A DNA stretch of 64,000 nucleotides from Amoebidium appalachense (Eukaryota; Protista; Ichthyosporea): the NCBI GenBank assembly GCA_963693365.1, contig CAVNZM010000007.1, positions 5,019,962 to 5,083,961 of the forward strand. The letters run 5' to 3'. Positions 55,404 through 64,000 of the stretch are shown here, in pieces. A program made the position numbers and the translations under genes. A model generated the notes under the pieces. It saw only the letters and a program-made list of their open reading frames with translations. It was not told where the DNA came from and ran no database searches. Every line of letters begins with the position of its first letter. Positions within the stretch are counted from its first letter, which is position 1.

Positions 55404-56954
55404 GGCCGAAGCTCACCTTTCCTTCTTCCTTTCTCCCCCCCCCCCCCCCCCCCCCCTCCCCGAAGCTCACCTTTCCTTCTTCCTTTCTCCCCCCCCCCCC
55501 CCCCCCCTCTCCCCCTCCCCCCCTCCCCCCTCCCGGTACTTTTCATCAACCAACCACCACAAGCTTAACGGCTAAGGGGCACGTACCCGACAGCTTCTGG
55601 CCTGGGGCACTGAGGATGTGTCGTAGCTGCTCGACCCTGTAATGAGGGGGGGGTTTGAATGCGTCAAAAAGTACGAAGTACACAAGAACAAACGGATAAC
55701 ACGATGCAGGATGCAAGCCATACATAAAGAGTATGCATAATAAGCAGAGCCCATCCTCAGGGGGGGCCCACGTCATCCACATTACCCGAGTGAATGTGGG
55801 GGGGGGGGAGGGAGCCAACGTCAGTATAACCTCCTCCCTCCCCTCCCCCCCCCCCCCCCCCCACCCCCTCCCCCAAAAAGAAAAAAACACAGACATGCAC
55901 ATCCACCCACCACAAACGCACGTACACTGGTAGTCGCGCACACACACAAACACAAACAAACATACACAAAAATTCCCACGCGCACGCACGCACGCACACG
56001 CACACGCACACACACACGCACACACAAACACACACACACACACACTTACAGAGAGACACGTACATGCATGCACATACGCACACAAGAACACCCGCATGCA
56101 CGCACGCACACACCTAAACACACATGAACACGGGAAGTCTACACAACGTGATGCAGTACAAAGCCTCTCAAGAAGTGGTACCAAACACCCGTCTTCAAAA
56201 CGAGAAATGTTGCCCAGTCCAGGATCTGACGTCCAAAAGGAGAGTAAGGGCGTGGGTGGTATGGGAGTTGGCTAAGGAGGGGGGGGGGGGGGAGGGGGGG
56301 GGGGAGGAAGGAGGGGGCTTAAACAAGAACACAGTACGAAGCTACACAACGAAGAAGCAAGGTGCAGTGCCTAGATTGCATGCAGAAAGAAGCCGGGGGG
56401 GAGGGGGGGGGGGGGGGGGTTTATTGCGTCAAAAAGTACGAAGTACACAAGAACAAACGGATAACACGATGCAGAATGCAAGCCATACATAAAGAGCATG
56501 CATAATAAGCAGAGCCCATCCTCAGGGGGGGCCCACGTCATCCACAGTACCCGAGTTTCGACCTATTCACCTCATTAACGAAACCCAACTCAGATACTGT
56601 TTCACTTGAACATGGGTAGGTCACCGTCTTGATCAGAGACGAGCAGGGTTGCTTATGCAGGCAAGGGCAGTGGGAAAGGCCGGGGGTTAAAGTTGCAGCA
56701 GTAAGCAGAAGCAAGAAAAATATAGATAGGAACTCAGGAGACGGGGCTTCTAGGAAGCTCCCCCGTCGATACCTAAGGGAGGGGGGGGGGGGGGGGGGGG
56801 GGAGGGGTTCTGAGTACTGGAAGAAATTCACGACAGGAAAATCATTGCAGATTGTGCAACAAAAGAGCACACACAAAGAGTACACCTTGCACACGGTGCT
56901 GGGAACCGGGGGGGGTAGGGGGTAGGGGGGAGAGGGTGGGGAGGGGGAGGGCGG

Positions 56955-57037
<83 letters not shown>

Positions 57038-57084
57038 AAGAGAGAGAGAGAGAGAGAGAGAGTGTGTGTGTGTGTGTGTGTGTC

Positions 57085-57129
<45 letters not shown>

Positions 57130-57175
57130 AAGCGAGAGAGCGAGAGAGAGAGATAGAGCGACAGAGCGAGAGAGC

Positions 57176-57214
<39 letters not shown>

Positions 57215-57850
57215 AGGGAGGGAGGGAGGGAGAGAGAAGGACCTGTTGCAAGATGAAGTAAGTATTCACTAAATGACAGATAACGTAATTAAGATATACC
57301 AAAAAGAGAGAAAAACGAAACCCAAAAAAAAAAGACCGGGCAAAAAAAAAAAAGGAAAAGGAAAAAACGTGTGCTCAACACAAGGAGTGGGGCAGGGGTG
57401 GATGGAGGGGTGCGTGGGTGGGTGGGTGGGCAATGGTGGTGGTGGTGGTGGTGGGGAGGGGGGGTTGAATGCGGAACACGGTACGAAGTACACATAAACG
57501 ATGAGAAGCATGGTGAAGGAGACATGCAAAGGCAAACATTCAAGTATGCAACATCAGCAATGCGCACAATATGCGTCATAAGCAGAGCGGGGGGGGGGGG
57601 GGGGGGGGGGGGGGGTGTCAAACGTACTCAATAGTCCCTGTGTTCTTATTGCCTAAAAAGGCAAAAGCAGCCAGGGCCTCCTTGGCACTGTCGTCCTGCG
57701 CAATCTTGCCTGAACGTGCCCAGTGTGAGCACGTGATGCCCATATATGGGGGGGGAAAATGCCTTACACACCATAAAGGCGACCACTATCGTAATGCCCC
57801 TTAACCTTTCCCCTTTCAACTACCAAAGTGCTTCCAGGCTGTATCTTTTG

Positions 57851-57885
<35 letters not shown>

Positions 57886-58409
57886 CCCCCCCCCCCCCCC
57901 TCCCCCCCCTCCCCCCTACCTTTCCTAAAAAAAAAAAAAATTGAAAGGAGGTAAAATTACAGAGGAAAGAAAAGGATTGAAAGATTGCAAACCATACTTG
58001 GTTTTCCAAGTTTCCCTTTCTTCCTCTGCCCCTTCCCCTCCCCTCCCCACCACCATCACCACCACCACCACACACACATGTACAGACACACCTTCTCAAA
58101 GAGGTCAAGGCTAATTTCATACAGTCACCAGCTCCCAAGTGCCCAAGTGCCTCTTCACATGCGTTCCAGCTGCCACCCTCTACCTCCCCCCCCCCCCCCC
58201 CTCCCCTCCCCCCCCCCCCTCCCCCCTTCTCCCCTCCGACTGCTAAGATCCCTTATCCGCCTCCCCCCCTCCTCATTGCGAGAGATGCCTAACACTTCTC
58301 CCCCCCCCCCCCCACACCTCCCCCCCCTTCAACTCGCCATACTCATAGTTCGGTGACCTTCGTTACTTCTTCCCCATAGCCTGTAAACACTTTTCCTTCC
58401 AAACACAAT

Positions 58410-58468
<59 letters not shown>

Positions 58469-58677
58469 GCGCACACACACACAAAACATTCACGGTAACA
58501 TGACGGCTTGAAGCGCATTTTGGTATGAGTACATCGTTGGGAGTTGGGATGCCGGGAGAAGGGATCCTCGCAGTAGAATGAGCAAAATATGAACATATGT
58601 ACCTCTACAACACCGGTCTGGCATGTGGTTGGTGTGAACACAGATCTGCCCCCCCCCCCCCCCCCCCCCCCTCCCCC

Positions 58678-58708
<31 letters not shown>

Positions 58709-58718
58709 AAAAAAGAAA

Positions 58719-58751
<33 letters not shown>

Positions 58752-59949
58752 GAGAAAAAGAGAAAGAAAACTGGAAGGTTCCAGCACTCACCAGCAAGGG
58801 TGGTCAGGGTTTCTGGAACGTCCAGCAGGCCATTGCCATCTGTCTTGGCCGCAATCGCCTCAGCCTCCTCTGCAGGCAGCCCCAGGCCCTCAACTATCGG
58901 CTTCCACGAAACGGTGGTGCCACCATCCTGAGGGTTAACGTGGACATGGGTGAGAACGTGTAGGAGTAAAGCAAGATGGAAGGAAAAACCAACGCGAAAA
59001 TGATCAAAAATGAATATGCGGGACAGTAATAGGTGCTTGGAAAATAAGTGATGAATTTATTGGGGTAGAAAAACATAGCGCAATGTCCATAAGCTAGTAG
59101 TAAAACGACATATAGCAGAGTGGGCCTGAAGATGGCCAGCTACAGATCGAGACCAGAAGCGGGGGAGGAAAGAAGTGACAGGAGAGAAAAGAAGGAGAGT
59201 ACTATTTGAAGTGCAAGCTACAACCGTCAAGTGGAAACTGGGGGGTTGTCCCGCCTGGGACCCCGCATGGGAAAATTCAAGATTCTCTACCGGATTCTCT
59301 ACCATCATTCTAAATGTGTGATGATGTGGTCCGTAGATGCTGGAGACTTGTCAGGTTTGCAATGAATAACACGGTGCACTTCTTACACAAATCCACGCCC
59401 TATTACACACTCCCCCTGGTTTTATTCTCCCAGCTGCTTCCTCCATATCCCCTACGCCCTTCCCCCCCATCCCCCACCCAGGGCCACCCTACTAGGTCTG
59501 CAAAGTGAAGGTTCTTCTATCACAGCATCTGTCCTGGAAGGGGAAGAACAGCACAGTCACTATGAGCCAATAGCTCTGGCTTGGGTTTGGAATCATGAGC
59601 ACCGCATCTTATTCCCTCAAACCAAAGAAGATGTATATGACACTGCTTCTCTACAACTGACAGGAGCACAAACCCAACACTGCACCCAAACGGAGTAGTG
59701 TAAAGTGTGAGTGACAAACTCTTTCCAGAAACCACACCGCAGTTCTGTTTTCGGATGAGTTGAAACATTTTGATGACTTTCCAAGAGTGCCCACATGCTC
59801 ATCTAAAAAGCACAAAAAACGATGTTCTTTCCACTTGCCTTCTCCTGCAGCTGCTTGGCGCGCTTGTACTCATCGAGCACCTCCTCGCTAAACTTTACCT
59901 CCTTCTCCTTCCCGGCCCCCTGCACCACCTGCGGTTGCTGGAGCACCAT
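54411..59949 (-). CDS. Calmodulin / myosin light chain-like four-EF-hand protein with degenerate loops, 156 aa
   Basis: Exons 59949-59839 (GC donor AAG|gcaagt), 58927-58792, 57709-57628, 55636-55587, 54502-54411. Translation: MVLQQPQVVQGAGKEKEVKFSEEVLDEYKRAKQLQEK|DGGTTVSWKPIVEGLGLPAEEAEAIAAKTDGNGLLDVPETLTTLAGKIAQDDSAKEALAAFAFLGNKNTGTIEVEQLRHILSAPGQKLSDADLDAIIKSLSKDGQVNYRDLIAAMISSP*. It is colinear with calmodulin along its full length. Confidence 0.88.
55654..55791 (-). mobile_element. Interspersed repeat copy C (5'-truncated, same 3' end followed by C8)
   Basis: Matches the last ~138 bp of copies A and B. G8 at 55646-55653 on the + strand. Confidence 0.75.
56420..56777 (-). mobile_element. 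Interspersed repeat copy B, embedded in a poly-G/C tract
   Basis: Reverse complement of 35641-36001 with few differences. The 3' end reads gacgcAATAAA then poly-C. G-runs [18 protein letters not shown] occur on both flanks. Confidence 0.75.
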
Positions 59950-62900
59950 TTTCAAGTTTGGTGGAATGTAGTGGCACGTAGTTTAGGGGAAAAAAGCCTC
60001 TAGCACCTAGTTTACAGTTCTCGGTGGGTTTATTTAACTCCTGAAGGCGATGGCAGCCTCAGCTCATTGTTGAGACCTTCTGTGCCCAGCGCCCTCTGGA
60101 TCTGCGCGCGAAAGTTGGGGGAAGATTGTGACGTCACTATTGGCAAGCAAGTAACACCAAAATGAAGCCAACATACAAACCAACAGGCAGTTATTCATCC
60201 AACCGTGCGTAATAAATTTGGATAAATAAAAAGTAAATAAAATTAGCCTAGGTATACAGGCATAAAGTCAGCTTCCCAACATGCTGAACAGGAAAAGCAT
60301 GGCGCAAACACCTGCAAGACCATTGGCTGCTTGAAATATATTGTCACAGAAGCAACCAATCAAATGCCCCCCAATAAATGAGCCGATCTCACTAATTAAT
60401 GGCAACCGCAGCATGCCTCGGGTGAAAGGTGACAGAGCAGGTGAAGTGCCTGTCCTCAGTTAGGTTATGTTTTTTTCAGTCTTGTGGAAAAGTTGCCCCA
60501 CACGCTCAGCACCATGTAATCGTGCTTCCTTATTGATATTTCTAGTTACGCTTTACATCTGCATGTGTATGCGCATTTACTGCGCAGAGCGCTGCACATT
60601 CGGCTGGTCTTGGCGAAAACGTTAACCACGCCCATGGCCATATATAACCCCGCGGATAATCAATGCGACAGTTTCTACTCTGGAGTATCAGAATGCAGTT
60701 CCAAACTGGGTTGTAAGAACTCCTCTATGTAGCGTTCCGGTGCACACCCACCCAAGATCGCGAGAGATCCGATTATTGAAAGCTGAGTACCATCTCCCCT
60801 TAAAAACAAACAATTTTCCTGTACATGAACTTTAAACTAGTACTATTACTATAATATTTCGGCATAAGGTTGCAACACCTGGGGCCAGCACAAAAGTACC
60901 GGTACATGCGCACAAGTGTTCTTCGACACATCCTCAGACCAGAGTGCTTGCAATTGCATGCCTGCGAGAACACACAAGGACATGTACATCGATATCCGGG
61001 TAACGCTCGAGTTCCCTCGCACTCATTGCTCCTGCCACATTGCTTAGCTACATAGTATCGTTGAGCTGTGATGTGCACATTATGTGAAGGATAGGTGACA
61101 CCCACCTTGTCGACGTGCTGTTTCAAACAAAGCGCCAAAGGCAACAGAGTCATGGTTACACCAGCAACATACGTCATAAATTACATAATCATGGTTTTGA
61201 TTGGCTCAAGATTGGCGCCAGAGCACATCTGTCCCACAATCAAACGCAAAAAAAGATCTATACAAATCGAGGGGGGTAAATTGCGAGACGAATTGTGAAC
61301 AAAAAAAATGACTCGGCATAAAGTTGTGGTGGGTTTCTGCCATAAACCTGCCACCGTTCCCGCTGAGAAGAGGGACGTGTGTCCGCTATTTCGACCGAAT
61401 TTGTATATGATGGCTCGAAACGAAGGCTCACAACATTTTCAACCCTCTCCCCCGTGATAGCCTGCAGCTAATGCCACACCTTTCTACGAAACCTCTACCA
61501 TGCGTCTCTCCATGAGTCCATTCCGCTCGAGCTCCTACATAGTCATCGGATTGTAGTCATTCCAGACGAACGTGTGCGGGACCCGTTTATTCTTGCTAAG
61601 ATCTGCTAGCTGTGTGCGTCTTGAGTGTACGAAAATTTCCATCTTTCCTGCGTTTTCTTTCTTGATAGAGAATGCTCCGTCCATGACCAGCCCTAGCCTG
61701 CACATGTGCTGGTGTGAACGAGCGTCTTACCGCCCGTGTTTCCTTGTTCAATATTTCCAACAAACTATTACAATAGGAGGTTCCGGGTCCAGCCCGCGCA
61801 ACATGACTCATTGTTACATGAGCTGGCGCGAATGCGCACAGGTTATTTGAGTGAGATCTTACCGTACGTCGGCGAAGCCATGACTTGTTCCAAGCCGTTT
61901 CATTAGGACAGTAGAGTTGGGCTGTAAGAAGTGGAGGAGTCTTGTCAAGTCTTGTTTTCCTTGGGTATTTGTGAGTTGATCTTACCAAGGGGTTTCCAGC
62001 TAACAGTTGATTTCCGGGTCTGAATATTTAGAGGCCAACGGGATCTCTCCCATTGTGTCCATGGCCGTGTGCCTTGATTGCGCGCACACACTTCACACTG
62101 CACACGCGCACCCACACAACCACACAGGAATGTGCAATGCGCGCGCACGCACACACGCACACGCGCACACACCCCTCGCGACAAAGCTGCCCTCCGCAGC
62201 TGCAGGAGTCTCGTTCATTTTATTGTCGTTAAAACGTAATAGCTGTTGTTTATTGGTCGAAGATTATAATATCACGATTTGGTCTCGATTACCATGCAGT
62301 CATGTGCAGCCAGCCGGCGGCTGGGTCGAAAACTCTGGACGAAACACAAAAGACACACGGGAGAAACGGTGCTGGGGTCGCTAGTCTCTCTGGCAAAATA
62401 AGGTAGAGATTGTGCGCATTTTGCCAAGAAGCATAGAAACATTACATATATGATAGTATCAGTGACGTGGGGAAAGACAGAAGACAATGGTCTGGGGGTA
62501 GAGGGCGAGAGGGGGGAGGGGAGGGAGGAGGAGGGAGGAGGAGAGAGAAGATTGGCTGAGGGAGGGAGGGGTATAGAGTCACAGTGGCTAAGGAAGGGGA
62601 GTGTTGGGGGCCATGGGTGGAATGATGGGTCCCAGCTGTAGAACTTGTTGGTTTTGGGGAATTGAGAAACCGTCATCGCTGCGGTTGTAAGGCGGCCTTC
62701 TTTTTTTTTATAAAAAAAAAAAACACCTAATACAGTGCCAGTAAATTGAGTTGGTGTGGTAGAGAATGTGTCGCTTTTCGCACTAAGCATTTCAAAGCAG
62801 GACACGTCATTTACACAGTAGAACCACCTCTGCATGGAGGCCTTCGGAATATAAGTTACCGGAGGAAGGATTCTTATCAGTGGATTTGTTACGAGCTCAC

Positions 62901-63123
62901 AGCACGTCGAGCTATTTTCACTTACGGAGTGTCGGACCGGGCCAACAGCCTATGAAGATCACTCTTACAGAACACGTGTTTTTCTTGTTTACATTTCGCT
63001 CATGTCTGGCTGACATACACATTCAGATTCCCTCTCTTCTTTTCAACTATTTTTGAAGATTAACCATGTAGATCTTGCTTTACTGATACCCCCATTCCCC
63101 TTCTCCTTTTCTCGTAGATCACC

Positions 63124-63368
63124 ATGTCAGCCACGGGCGAGAAAGAGGAACTTAGAGGCGAGCAGCTGCCGCCCATCCCCATGGGGGAGGACGGTAAGCC
63201 CTTGTATAGCAAGAGCGAGTGGAAGCGTCGCTGCAAGGAGGAGAAAAAGGCCGCCGAGAAGGCATCCAAGCAGGCAGCAACCTCGCAGGATGGCAACGAG
63301 GGGAAGAAGGAGGCAAGTGCGGAGGAACAGGAGGAGCAGCTGGACGCCAACCAGTACAAGGAGCTAAG
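63124..63368 (+). CDS. KARS1: Lysyl-tRNA synthetase, first coding exon (eukaryotic N-terminal extension); gene continues past the window
   Basis: MSATGEKEE...GEDGKPLYSKSEWKRRCKEEKKAAEKASKQ...EEQLDANQYKELR|gtgtgt matches the LysRS pattern SKNELKRRLKAEKK...DPNQYYKIR. Confidence 0.88.
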
Positions 63369-64000
63369 GTGTGTGTGTGTGTGTGTGTGGTGGGGGGGAA
63401 GAGGGGATGGGCAGGGGGAGAGGGGAGGGAGGTGTGTGTGTGTGGTGTCTGTGGGTGGAGGGGGGAGGGGGGAGGGAGATGAGGTATGTGGGTGGGTGTG
63501 TGGGTGTGTGTGTGGTGTTGGGAGGACGGGGATTGGGGAGGAAATTGGCTGTGTGTGTGTGTATGTGGATGGGTGTGTGGGTGGATGGGTGGGTGTGTCT
63601 GTGTGTGTGTGCGGTGAGGGGGGGTGGAAGGGAATGGGCGAGAAAGAGATGTGTGTGCCGTGATGGGGAGGCTGGGGGATGGAGGGGAAAGCGGGGAGGG
63701 TGTGGGGGCAGTAGGGAGGGAAACGGTGCCTGGTGTTTATAGGGTGAGGAAGGTGGGTTGGAGCCGGCTAGGGCGCTATGGGAATTAGAGTTAGAGCGAG
63801 GAGCTGGGTGGTTAAGCAGTCACCAGGACAGGACAGTGGTTGAATAGGTTGGTGGGCATGCATTCCTGACCGTGGGCGTTCATTCGAGAAAGTGTTTGTG
63901 GGAAGGGTTTGGGGGTGGTCTGGCTTTCCTGGATTGGGTGTACGACTGTTGAGGGTGCTAAGGGTCAAATGGGCATGGGTACGGGTGAAAGCGGGCTGCA

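Noticed and set aside
58090-58605. Extra exons in the EF-hand gene
   Set aside because: Exon 58927-58792 joins 57709 in phase with a gap-free calmodulin alignment, so this stretch is intronic.
60600-62000. Degenerate gene or transposon relic between the EF-hand gene and LysRS
   Set aside because: Only short stop-interrupted frames and no motif I can support.

Overview
Eukaryotic genomic DNA with many introns, extremely rich in homopolymers and microsatellites (poly-C/G, (CA)n/(TG)n, (GA)n/(CT)n). Almost all entries in the supplied ORF track are repeat artefacts, so genes were assembled by hand from short exons with phase-consistent splice sites. Eight protein genes are supported: LST2/ZFYVE28 (-, partial), a low-complexity C2 + ubiquitin-like protein broken by four homopolymer frameshifts (+), a membrane-anchored Agd3/CE18-like polysaccharide deacetylase (+), an RNF19-like RBR E3 ligase (+), LIN52 (+), RPL13A (+), a degenerate calmodulin/myosin-light-chain-like protein with a GC-AG intron (-), and the first coding exon of lysyl-tRNA synthetase (+). 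Gene content suggests a holozoan, possibly an ichthyosporean-like protist (inference only). The most notable signals are: (1) a polarised intron architecture, G/(GT)n-rich after the donor and C/(CA)n-rich before the acceptor, often with (CA)n-AG acceptors lacking a U-rich tract; (2) a repeat family whose copies all end next to poly(C), possibly a poly(C)-targeting retroposon; (3) the Agd3-like enzyme; (4) a 33-bp TIR+TSD micro-element and a head-to-head minisatellite foldback. All homology calls come from remembered family sequences; no searches were run.
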